Origin: Clostridia bacterium | GTDB taxonomy: Bacteria; Bacillota; Clostridia; Christensenellales; CAG-138 | Reading direction: 5' to 3' | Length of the DNA: 64,000 bases | Assembly (NCBI GenBank): GCA_017525875.1 | Contig: JAFXSG010000001.1 | Coordinates: 77,699 to 141,698, forward strand | Part shown: positions 40,255-48,903 of the stretch, piece by piece | How positions within the stretch are numbered: position 1 is the stretch's first letter | Layout of the letters: the number at the start of each line of letters is the position of its first letter | Notes under the pieces: generated by a model | Database searches by the model: none | The model's input: the letters and a program-made list of their open reading frames with translations, nothing else | What the model was told of the DNA's origin: nothing | Program-made: the position numbers and the translations under genes

Positions 40255-40899
40255 ATGAGTATTATCGCCATCATGCCCATAAAGCTGCAAAACGAGCGGC
40301 TGCCAGGCAAAAACACAAAGCTGCTTGGGGATAAACCCCTGCTTCAATACGAGCTGCTCTCCCTTGCGGAGACCGGCCTTTGCGACCGTATTTGCGTTTA
40401 TTGCAGCGATGAAGCCGTCTGCCCGTTTTTGCCGGAGGGCGTGGAGTTCATAAAGCGCCCCGCCTGCCTCGATCTGCCCACGGCTAATTTCTCACAGATC
40501 TTCGAGAGCTTCATGAATACCGTCGACGCGGATATCTACGTCTACGCGCATGCGACAGCGCCGTACATCACCGTCGACACGATGCGCCAGTGCATTGAAG
40601 CAGTCGTTTCCGGTGAATACGACTCCGCTTTCTGCGCGGTCAAGATCCAGGACTTCCTTTGGAAAGACGGCGAGCCGCTTAATTTCGACGCGGCGAACAT
40701 CCCGCGCAGCCAGGATCTCGACCCGATCTTCCGCGAGACCTCGGGCGTGTACGTCTTCACGAAGGCCGTGTTTGAAAAGCTCCACCGCCGCATCGGTTCA
40801 AAACCGTTTGTTAAGGAAGTTTCATTCAAGGAAGCGGTGGATATCAACAATCCGGAGGACTTTGCTCTTGCGGAAGCGCTGCTCGATATCGAGCTTTGA
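40255..40899 (+). CDS. NeuA/KdsB-like acylneuraminate cytidylyltransferase
   Basis: PIKLQNERLPGKN, HATAPY, PRSQDL and DINNPEDF motifs. Confidence 0.85.
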   Translation: MSIIAIMPIKLQNERLPGKNTKLLGDKPLLQYELLSLAETGLCDRICVYCSDEAVCPFLPEGVEFIKRPACLDLPTANFSQIFESFMNTVDADIYVYAHATAPYITVDTMRQCIEAVVSGEYDSAFCAVKIQDFLWKDGEPLNFDAANIPRSQDLDPIFRETSGVYVFTKAVFEKLHRRIGSKPFVKEVSFKEAVDINNPEDFALAEALLDIEL

Positions 40900-40914
40900 T
40901 ACGGAGGAAAACGC

Positions 40915-42510
40915 ATGAGATCGGTAAAAGTGCTTGACGTTACGCTGCGCGATGGCGGCTGCGTAAACGACTTTAACTTTGGGCAGTCATATATGGACCA
41001 GATCCTCGCTGCGCTCGAAGCTTCCGGCGTGGAGTGCATAGAGCTCGGCTACCTTGATAATAAAAAAGGCTCAGAGCAGGGAAGAACGCAATACGCAAAC
41101 GAGCAGGTCATCCCGCAGTATTTCCTGAAAGAGAAAAAGCCGGGCGTGACTTATCTTGCCATGATGGATTACGGCAAGTTCGACGTCGACGCCCTTCAAC
41201 CCTGCGACGGGAAGGGTATCGACGGCATCAGGCTGGCCTTCCACAAGAAAAACAGGAACGATATGTTTGCCCTCGGCAGGAAGATCATCGACAAAGGCTA
41301 TAAGTTCTTCATCCAGCCGATGATAACCCTGCGCTACAGCGACAAGGAGCTGCTCGAGCTCATCGACAACGTGAACAGTGAACTGCCCGACGCCAGCGGG
41401 TTCTACATTGTGGACAGTTTCGGCGAGATGCGCCCGAACGATATGGACCGCATCATGAATCTTGTGGATCACAACCTGATCCCGTCCATGCCGCTCGGCT
41501 TCCACAGCCACAACAACCTGCAGATGTCGTATTCAAACGCGGTATCGCTGCTCCGCTTCCCGACCAACAGGGATATAATGCTCGACTGCTCCATCATGGG
41601 TATGGGCAAAGGTGCCGGCAACCTCAGCACGGAGCTGCTCGTGGAGCACATGAACCTGTTCTTTGGAAAGAAGTACCGCACAGAGCCGCTGCTTTCGGTA
41701 ATCGACCGGGTGATCAACCAGATCCGCACCGAGTATACATGGGGCTATGCGATCGAATACTACCTTTCTTCGATCAACCACTGCACGCCAAGCTATGCCG
41801 GCCATTTCTACAACAAGCATATGCTGCCGATAGACCAGGTCGCGGAGCTGTTGAGCCTGATCCGCGAGGACAAGAAGATCTCATTCGATAAGGAATATGC
41901 CGAGCAGCTTTACCTGGAATACAACGCCAGACGCGAGCTGGACGACACCGCGGCTGTGAACGAGCTGCGCCGTGAATTCGAGGGCAAACGCATCCTGCTG
42001 ATCGCTCCCGGCCGCAGCATCACCGACGCAGGCGAAAGGATATTGAACGAGATCAATACCGAAAACACAGTCAGCATCAGCCTGAACCATTGGCAGCTGT
42101 TCCCGACCGATTTCGTCTTCGTAACAAGGCACGAAGCATTGCAGCCGGCGCTTGCGGCGGGCAGGAAGGTCATAACCGCAACGAGCGTCACCAACACTAA
42201 CGATCCGAGAGTAAAGGTCATCGACTATCAGAAATGGATCCTTGTTGACGGCGAAGTGCAGGATTCCTCAGGCGTAATGGCGCTGAATCTCATTAAGGAA
42301 TGCCGCGCCTCCGAGATCCTGCTTGCCGGCTTCGACGGTTTCCACGTCAATGTGAGCAAAAACTATTACGACAAAGGCATGAACCACCCGATCACTGCGG
42401 AGCAGGCGAAAGCCCGCAACCAATTCTTCAGAGAATACGTTCGCGAGCTTCGAAAGACCGTGCCGGTGAGTTTCATAACGGAGTCCGTTTACGAGGGCGA
42501 AGATGAGTAA
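40915..42510 (+). CDS. DRE-TIM/HMGL-like aldolase with an extra C-terminal Rossmann-like domain
   Basis: LDVTLRDGG, YIVDSFG, GFHSHNN and GMGKGAGNL motifs. Confidence 0.85.
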   Translation: MRSVKVLDVTLRDGGCVNDFNFGQSYMDQILAALEASGVECIELGYLDNKKGSEQGRTQYANEQVIPQYFLKEKKPGVTYLAMMDYGKFDVDALQPCDGKGIDGIRLAFHKKNRNDMFALGRKIIDKGYKFFIQPMITLRYSDKELLELIDNVNSELPDASGFYIVDSFGEMRPNDMDRIMNLVDHNLIPSMPLGFHSHNNLQMSYSNAVSLLRFPTNRDIMLDCSIMGMGKGAGNLSTELLVEHMNLFFGKKYRTEPLLSVIDRVINQIRTEYTWGYAIEYYLSSINHCTPSYAGHFYNKHMLPIDQVAELLSLIREDKKISFDKEYAEQLYLEYNARRELDDTAAVNELRREFEGKRILLIAPGRSITDAGERILNEINTENTVSISLNHWQLFPTDFVFVTRHEALQPALAAGRKVITATSVTNTNDPRVKVIDYQKWILVDGEVQDSSGVMALNLIKECRASEILLAGFDGFHVNVSKNYYDKGMNHPITAEQAKARNQFFREYVRELRKTVPVSFITESVYEGEDE

Positions 42511-42970
42511 GATAAAGCTTATTGCAATGGATGTGGACGGCACAATGACCGACGGGCATATATATATGGCGCCCACAGGAGAAGCTATGAAGGCTTTCAG
42601 CGCAAAGGACGGCTACGGCATTGCGCATCTGCTCCCGGAAAACGGCATTGTGCCCGTGATAATCACAGGCCGGACCTCGAAGATCGTCGAGAACCGCGCC
42701 CGCGAGATCGGCATCACGGAGCTTTATCAGGGCGTTTCCGACAAGCTCGCTGCGCTCAAATCCGTCGCCGAAAAATACGGCGCCGCCCCTTCCGAGATCG
42801 CCTTTATAGGCGATGACCTGAACGACCTTTCCTGCATTCTTTTTGCCGGTGTGTCAGGCGCGCCTGCCGACGCTGTGGAAAGTATAAAGCAAAAAGTCAG
42901 CTATGTTTGCAGCACTTGCGGCGGCAGAGGAGCGGTCAGGGAGTTCATAGAGTATTTGATCAAGCTGTGA
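42503..42970 (+). CDS. KdsC/YrbI-family HAD phosphatase
   Basis: MDVDGTMTDG, IITGR, FIGDDLND and GGRGAVREF motifs. Confidence 0.9.
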   Translation: MSKIKLIAMDVDGTMTDGHIYMAPTGEAMKAFSAKDGYGIAHLLPENGIVPVIITGRTSKIVENRAREIGITELYQGVSDKLAALKSVAEKYGAAPSEIAFIGDDLNDLSCILFAGVSGAPADAVESIKQKVSYVCSTCGGRGAVREFIEYLIKL

Positions 42971-42984
42971 ATCAGCCCCCGGGA

Positions 42985-43857
42985 GTGAAAAACAGAAAAA
43001 CGGTCAAATGGATATTGTTGATAGTAGGGCTGCTGTTGACGGCAGCCCTCTTTTCCTATATCCTGTCAAAAAAGGCGCTTATTGTATCGAGATTCAGCCT
43101 GCGGTCCGAAAAAACCGCTTCCGTGCTCCGCATCGTTCAGCTTTCCGATTTGCACAATGTCGAATTCGGTAATGACAATACTCGCTTGATAAAAAAGATC
43201 GCGGCGCAGCAGCCTCAGCTGATCCTCATAACGGGCGATCTGGTCGACCGGGATGACGCCGGCACGGAGAAAGCGGAAACGCTCATCCGGGGGCTTTGCG
43301 AGATAGCACCGGTTTATATTTCTCCCGGCAATCACGAAGCGGATCATGAAAAAAACTACGGCAGCGATTTGCGGGCGACGTTCACTGCCTGCGGCGCTGC
43401 AGTGTTCGACCGCGAATGGGTCGACCTCGAGCTTGACGGGCAGCTGATAAGGCTTGGCGGTATAAACGGCTACAGCGTCCCGCGCAGGTATTTGGATGGC
43501 AATGAAGCCCGAGAGTCGGAAGCTGACTTTATCGAAGCATTCAGCGATACCGATCGGTTGAAACTCCTTATGTGCCACATGCCGTATACCTGGCTCGTGT
43601 TGGACGGGCTTGAAGAATGGGATGCAGACTGTGTATTCTGCGGGCACGCTCACGGCGGGCAGATCAGGCTCCCGTTCATCGGAGGCCTGTGGGCGCCGGA
43701 TCAGGGCTGGTTCCCCGGCCGGGTCTCGGGCCTGTATCTTTCAAATGACGAAACAAGAGCAATGCTCCTCTCCCGCGGGCTCGGAAGCAGCAGGCGCCTG
43801 CCGCGTTTCAATAATATCCCGGAGATAACCGTGCTGGATATCGTTCCGGCAGGCTAA
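42985..43857 (+). CDS. Membrane-anchored metallophosphoesterase (YkuE-like)
   Basis: SDLH, TGDLVD, GNHE, GHAHGGQ and SRGLG motifs. Confidence 0.9.
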   Translation: MKNRKTVKWILLIVGLLLTAALFSYILSKKALIVSRFSLRSEKTASVLRIVQLSDLHNVEFGNDNTRLIKKIAAQQPQLILITGDLVDRDDAGTEKAETLIRGLCEIAPVYISPGNHEADHEKNYGSDLRATFTACGAAVFDREWVDLELDGQLIRLGGINGYSVPRRYLDGNEARESEADFIEAFSDTDRLKLLMCHMPYTWLVLDGLEEWDADCVFCGHAHGGQIRLPFIGGLWAPDQGWFPGRVSGLYLSNDETRAMLLSRGLGSSRRLPRFNNIPEITVLDIVPAG

Positions 43858-43903
43858 ACGAGCAGGGCCTTGATATAAAGCGCATGAAAAACGGATCAAT
43901 ACA

Positions 43904-43938
43904 AATTGCCGCTCCTTTCGGAACGGCAATACTTTTTT
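43904..43938. terminator. Rho-independent terminator
   Basis: ATTGCCG...CGGCAAT stem followed by a T run. Confidence 0.6.
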
Positions 43939-44090
43939 GCTCGAATGATCGTTTTGACGGATCCCGCTCATGCCATTTCACAACGCAAACGTGGCGGGAT
44001 CGATTTATAACAATGACGCGTGAGCTTCCAAAGGACTCACGATTTACCGTCCACGGCTTCACGCTCGGACGGCGCAATGGACTTATCGGT

Positions 44091-45038
44091 TCATTTCGCT
44101 GCGGCCTTCCGGATCCTTTCTTTGATATCCTCGGGGATATCAACAGCCAAGGCGTCAACGTTCTTTTGCAAATGATCAAAACTGCAGGTGCCTACTGCTG
44201 CGGAGGCAACGTATGGATTGTCTATAACATATTTCAGCGCGACCTGCGAGCCGTCATAGCCCTTCAGTCTGTTCATAAACGATAGTTTTCTCGCCTCAAA
44301 AAACAGTTCCCGCGAGGCTTTGCGTCCCAATGTCCTTGCCAAATACCAAAGATCCTTTTTCCCGCGGATCTTAAAGAGGTCGGAAAGGAACAGGCCCTCT
44401 GCCAGCGCCTGGCCGGCAACAACGCCTATCCCGTTATCATACAAAGCCTTGATCTGAGGCTCCCGGTTTTGCTTCACGACGTTGTAGTCCAGCATAACCA
44501 CGTCCAAACACTTTGTTTTAATGATGTAATTTATGACATCATCATCAAATGTGTTTGCACCGCAGGCGCGTATTTTCCCCGCTTGTTTGAGCTCGGCGAA
44601 GCATTCGAGAACGTCGTCCGTCAGGTCCTGAATACCGGATCCGTGCAAATACAATACGTCTATGTAATCGATACCCATTCGTTTTAAACTGGTATCAACG
44701 TTTTCTTTGATGCTTTTGGGATTGATATCCTGCATCCATTTGCCGTCAACGAACTTTTTGCCGCCTTTGGTCGAGATCACGATCTCATCTCTGTCGATGT
44801 TATGCTTTTTCAGAGATAGACCGATCCTATCCTCTGCTTTTCCGTAATTGATCGCCGTATCAAAAAAACGGATCCCCAGGTCATAAGCCTTCTTAAAGAG
44901 CTCGACCGCGGTATCATCGCTTATCAGATCTCTGGCGTAAGCGGAGGCACAGCCATAACACAGCGGCGTGACCTGAATACCGGTATTCCCAAGGGGCCTG
45001 AGTTCCCAAGATCCGTTATTGTTCACTTCGTTATTCAT
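44091..45038 (-). CDS. Aldo/keto reductase
   Basis: GIRFFDTAINYG, VISTKGG, SLKRMGIDYIDVLYLH and GKIRACG motifs. Confidence 0.9.
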   Translation of the reverse strand: MNNEVNNNGSWELRPLGNTGIQVTPLCYGCASAYARDLISDDTAVELFKKAYDLGIRFFDTAINYGKAEDRIGLSLKKHNIDRDEIVISTKGGKKFVDGKWMQDINPKSIKENVDTSLKRMGIDYIDVLYLHGSGIQDLTDDVLECFAELKQAGKIRACGANTFDDDVINYIIKTKCLDVVMLDYNVVKQNREPQIKALYDNGIGVVAGQALAEGLFLSDLFKIRGKKDLWYLARTLGRKASRELFFEARKLSFMNRLKGYDGSQVALKYVIDNPYVASAAVGTCSFDHLQKNVDALAVDIPEDIKERIRKAAAK

Positions 45039-45337
45039 CCTGATGCTCCAATCCTTCCTGTGTACTATATCATACCGACCGTTGTCAGCGCTCAAACAGT
45101 ATCAGTCCCGGTTTCCCAAACAGCATAGCGCCGTCAAGCAAGACTGCGGAGTACAAATTTATTATAACATAAAGTATAAACTGCAAAGGTGCTTTTTGCA
45201 ATACTTTATAAAAAATACCTGGCCCAACCTTGTGAAACAACGAAACCCCTTTTTTGTTCCGGCGGATAAACGAGGTTTATTTGATGTGAAAGACCGCGCA
45301 AAAGACATTGACGATTGACGTGACAAACAGCAACCGA

Positions 45338-45859
45338 TCACGCTCCGGAATAACGATACTCTAGGCTGAAATCATGCTCGTCTGCTTCACCGTGCAGGTA
45401 GTCATACCCTTCTTCTGATACGATCCGAAAACCGCATTTCTCATGCGTCCTCAAAGAAGCGATATTCTTTTTGCTTACGCAGCTGCAAAGCCGAAACGAG
45501 CCGTTTTTCTTCATGGAAGCTGCCGCACTTGAAAGAAGTTGGGCTCCATATCCTTTCCTTCTGTAATCCGGACGCGTTTCAAGTGCTTCCATGTAGTATA
45601 GACCGTCCTGGATCTTACACGTTCTTAATGCGCTGACCCAAACGCCATCTATCTCAAGGACCCAGTAGGTTGCATCGTTTTTATTGAAAAAGTCGTTCTT
45701 CAAAAATTCCAAGAAGCCCGCTTCGACCTTCCGAACAGCAGCTTCTTTGTCCGAATCGTCCGGATAAAAATAATCTGTGTTTTCAAAATTGCTTTCGGAA
45801 TACACGTCCATCAGCTTTCTTGTATCCACCTTCTGATACTCCGATATTATTTTCAGCAT
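45338..45859 (-). CDS. GNAT acetyltransferase
   Basis: LETRPDYRRKGYG and NIASLRTHEKCGF motifs. Confidence 0.88.
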   Translation of the reverse strand: MLKIISEYQKVDTRKLMDVYSESNFENTDYFYPDDSDKEAAVRKVEAGFLEFLKNDFFNKNDATYWVLEIDGVWVSALRTCKIQDGLYYMEALETRPDYRRKGYGAQLLSSAAASMKKNGSFRLCSCVSKKNIASLRTHEKCGFRIVSEEGYDYLHGEADEHDFSLEYRYSGA

Positions 45860-45876
45860 ATACGTCTCCATAAATG

Positions 45877-46179
45877 TTTATTAAGATGATTATACCATCG
45901 CTGCCCAAGTCATTCAACAAGAAAACCTCAGCGGCATGATATGTACCGCTTTGATAGATGTCTCTTCGTAGATTTCTCTTGCTGCGGCTGCTATCGGCTT
46001 TTCGTCATCTTCGCCACCGCCGGCCACAAACTGATATTGATCAATGTCTGAACGATGTAAAACACAGTATTGAAGATTCGGCTTCAGTCTATATGGAATT
46101 GCCAGTATCTGAAACGGTGCCCGCATAATAATGCTCCTCATAATCCCGATTTGTTGAAATGATTATACCACAGCTGCTC
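45877..46179. repeat. Pair of imperfect 30-bp direct repeats (45877-45906 and 46150-46179), each containing an extended -10 (TGGTATAAT on the minus strand)
   Basis: tttattaagATGATTATACCAtcGCTGCcc versus tttgttgaaATGATTATACCAcaGCTGCtc; 24/30 identical by manual alignment. Confidence 0.7.
45914..46126 (-). pseudogene. Truncated NUDIX hydrolase
   Basis: Intact Nudix box GGGEDDEKPIAAAAREIYEETS, but the ORF ends after about 70 aa, 7 bp from the repeat. Confidence 0.75.
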
Positions 46180-46195
46180 CGATTATACAACAAAT

Positions 46196-46229
46196 AAACC
46201 TCTCTTGCCTTGGCAGACAAAAGAGGTTT
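46196..46229 (-). terminator. Hairpin downstream of the recombinase
   Basis: AAACCTCT(c)TTG...CAAAAGAGGTTT inverted repeat. Confidence 0.6.
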
Positions 46230-46232
46230 CTT

Positions 46233-47738
46233 CTATGGTGGAACAGTATCATTCAACGCTGAACATGTGCCGCAGTCAGCCTCTTCACTGTTTTCAAAAG
46301 CTTTTTCGATGTCGTCAAGGGGGATATCCTTTTCCCTCTGCGGTGAAGTACTCGCATTGACGATCAGCGTGAAATGATCGTCGTACAGGTAAACCGCATG
46401 AACGAAAATGTTGATTATCGCCCTGCGCTTCTCAATGTCCAGCAGCGGCATGGTGCGGATGTAATCAAGGTATGCCATGACCTGCGGCTCCGAAAGATAC
46501 ACCTTGCGATTGAGCTCAGCCGCGAGCTGTTTTTCGAGCTCCGCTTTTTCCGCTCTGCGCTGTTCAAGGCGCTCGGTAAGCATATCGACCGATTGACCGG
46601 TTTCGATCATCCTCCAAAGGTTGTCGATCGCGGTTTCTGCTTCGCGTATCGCCTTACGCAGGGATTTTACCGTAAGGCTGTCGGGATCCCTACCGCATTC
46701 CTCGGCGACTCGCTTTGCAATGAACGCGATGTTTTCATCCGTCAGCAGGCTGAGGCATGCGTCGATAACTCGGTCCTCGATCTTCTGTTTGCCGATAAGC
46801 TTCTTATCGCATTTCCCGCGGCGGGCTTTCTTGCAAACATAATACGGGTAGTATGCACCGGAACGGCTCGTACCGCCGTAACCCGTCATCATTTCCCTGC
46901 AGTGACCACAGAATAGTTTTGTCGTGAGCAGATACTCACCTTCGCCCCGCTTGCGTGCGGGAACATGCAGATTTTTGTCAAGCATAACCTGTACCCTTTC
47001 AAAAAGATCGTCGTTCAGAATCCGGGGCATACCGCCCGGCGTTTCCTTACCGTCATAGATGTAGATGCCGAGATAACGACGGTTTCGGAGCATCTTGCTG
47101 AGGCTGTTATAAGTAAAATCCTTCCCGAGGGAGGTCTTGACCTTGCGCCTCTGCAGGTCCTTTATTATCTCGGCCTTTGTCTGGCCTTGAGCGTATCGCT
47201 CGAATATCTCACGGACGATCGCAGCTTCCTCCTCATCGACGCGAAAGGTCTTATCGGGATTGACCTTGAAGCCCAACCCGGGGTTGGATCCGTTCGAGAT
47301 GCATTTCTGCGCGTTAATGCCCATACCCCTTCGGATCTTCAATGAGAGCTCGGCGGAGTAGTACTCCGCCATGCTCTCCAACACGCCTTCAACGAGTATT
47401 CCGGAGGGATCGTCGGCAATGTTCTCCTTCGCGGATATCACGCGAACGCCGTTTTTCTTCAGCTTTGCCTTGTTGATGGCACTGTCATAACGGTTCCTAG
47501 CAAAACGGTCGAGCTGATAGACGAGTATCGCCTCAAACGTATGCCTCTCCGAATCGGCGATCATACGCTGAAACTCTGCACGGTTGTCGGTGGTACCCGA
47601 AACTGCGCGGTCGATGTACTCGCCGATGACGGTATAGCCGTTGGCCTCTGCATACTCATAGCAGACCTTAAGCTGACCTTCGATCGACTGCTCCGTCTGG
47701 CTGTAGCTCGAAAAGCGGGCGTAGATGACTATGTTCAT
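46233..47738 (-). CDS. Large serine recombinase (resolvase + recombinase + Zn ribbon)
   Basis: YARFSS catalytic Ser, QLDRFARN, CGHC..YYVC Zn ribbon and coiled coil. Confidence 0.95.
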   Translation of the reverse strand: MNIVIYARFSSYSQTEQSIEGQLKVCYEYAEANGYTVIGEYIDRAVSGTTDNRAEFQRMIADSERHTFEAILVYQLDRFARNRYDSAINKAKLKKNGVRVISAKENIADDPSGILVEGVLESMAEYYSAELSLKIRRGMGINAQKCISNGSNPGLGFKVNPDKTFRVDEEEAAIVREIFERYAQGQTKAEIIKDLQRRKVKTSLGKDFTYNSLSKMLRNRRYLGIYIYDGKETPGGMPRILNDDLFERVQVMLDKNLHVPARKRGEGEYLLTTKLFCGHCREMMTGYGGTSRSGAYYPYYVCKKARRGKCDKKLIGKQKIEDRVIDACLSLLTDENIAFIAKRVAEECGRDPDSLTVKSLRKAIREAETAIDNLWRMIETGQSVDMLTERLEQRRAEKAELEKQLAAELNRKVYLSEPQVMAYLDYIRTMPLLDIEKRRAIINIFVHAVYLYDDHFTLIVNASTSPQREKDIPLDDIEKAFENSEEADCGTCSALNDTVPP

Positions 47739-47810
47739 ACGCGGCTCCTTTCTCTCGCTTTGCCGTTATGATAGCAGACGCCCGCAGCATAGTCGAATGT
47801 GCGGGCAGAA

Positions 47811-47969
47811 CTATTTTTGATATTCGGGATGTTCACGCAGCCATTCCTCATACCACAGCCTCCCTTCGTCGCTTTGAAAGAAAGCTTTGATATCCGGCGC
47901 TATGGCCTTGGCGAATTCTTCAAGCAGATTTTCTTCATACTCTATCTTTGTTTCTTCGTTTTCGGGCAT
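47811..47969 (-). CDS. 52-aa hypothetical protein (possible recombination directionality factor)
   Basis: Manual translation MPENEETKIEYEENLLEEFAKAIAPDIKAFFQSDEGRLWYEEWLREHPEYQK; lies between parB and the recombinase. Confidence 0.55.
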   Translation of the reverse strand: MPENEETKIEYEENLLEEFAKAIAPDIKAFFQSDEGRLWYEEWLREHPEYQK

Positions 47970-47971
47970 AT

Positions 47972-48834
47972 CTATCTCTCTTCATCTCTGATCCTCTGTA
48001 AGTGCTTTTTGTAAAACGCGCAAGCCTTGATTATGAATTCCTGTACCCGCTGAGGCTCGGCGTCGGGCAGGTATTTGCCTATGCTGCTCATGGGGATACT
48101 GACCTTCTCGCGCTGATTGGGCTTTTCTTCCGCCATGATCGCGGCGATCGTCTCCTCGTTGAGCTTCCCTTCGCCGCTGAGCTTCTTCAACCGGCAGGCC
48201 TGGGAAAGCGAAGGCGTCGCCAGCGTAACGCCGATCTCAGTGAAGAGCATTTCCTGTTCCTCCTGTGAAAGGAAGGAAAGCTCCACCGCGGGAGTGAACG
48301 CGATGCGCTCCTCGTCTACCATGCGGAGAAGCGGCGGGATGAGGTGCGTCAGGCGGATGTAGCGCTGGATCTGCGTATTGCTCTCGTTGACACTTTCAGC
48401 AACGATTGCCCGCGACAACTTCTGTCCAACTTGGACAGAAGTTAAATCGGTGCGTTCGCCTTGGTTTTTCAGCGCCTCAAGCTTCAACTTGTACGCAAAT
48501 GCTTTTTCGCTCGGGAGCAGACGTTCCCTGTGAAGATTGCTGTCCACGAGCATGATAACCGCTTCATCGCGGGTGACCGCTTTGATAACTGCCGGGAGCT
48601 CTGTCAGCCCCGCAAGCTTCGCCGCATGCAGACGGCGATGACCGGAGATCAGTTCATATTCACCCGGGCGGCCTTCAATGGGTCTTACGATGAGCGGGGA
48701 CATAATCCCATGCTCACCGATGCTTTCTACAAGAGCGCTCATCTCATTGTTATCGAGCACCTTGTAAGGGTGTCCCTTAAGGGACGGATATTGTTTGCCG
48801 GTATCATGACCGGCGTACTAATTGTGTATTGCAT
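47972..48834 (-). pseudogene. ParB/Spo0J-like protein with a 1-bp frameshift near the 5' end
   Basis: YELISGHRR and VDSNLHRE motifs plus HTH. The ATG at 48834 is out of frame by one base with the conserved (F)KGHPYKV segment. Confidence 0.75.
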
Positions 48835-48867
48835 ATTTGTTTCCTTTCAGTTTTTTTGATGAATAAT

Positions 48868-48891
48868 AGGAGCGCCCTTTCGGACGCTCCC
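48868..48891 (-). terminator. Hairpin between the relaxase and parB genes
   Basis: GGAGCG-ccctttcgga-CGCTCC. Confidence 0.5.
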
Positions 48892-48903
48892 GGTGAAATT
48901 GTG

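Noticed and set aside
43884-44285. 133-aa + strand ORF
   Set aside because: It crosses a terminator and overlaps the aldo/keto reductase antisense.
46233-46300. tRNA gene at the recombinase 3' end
   Set aside because: Only a CCACCA-like end is present; I could not fold a cloverleaf, and the sequence is coding.
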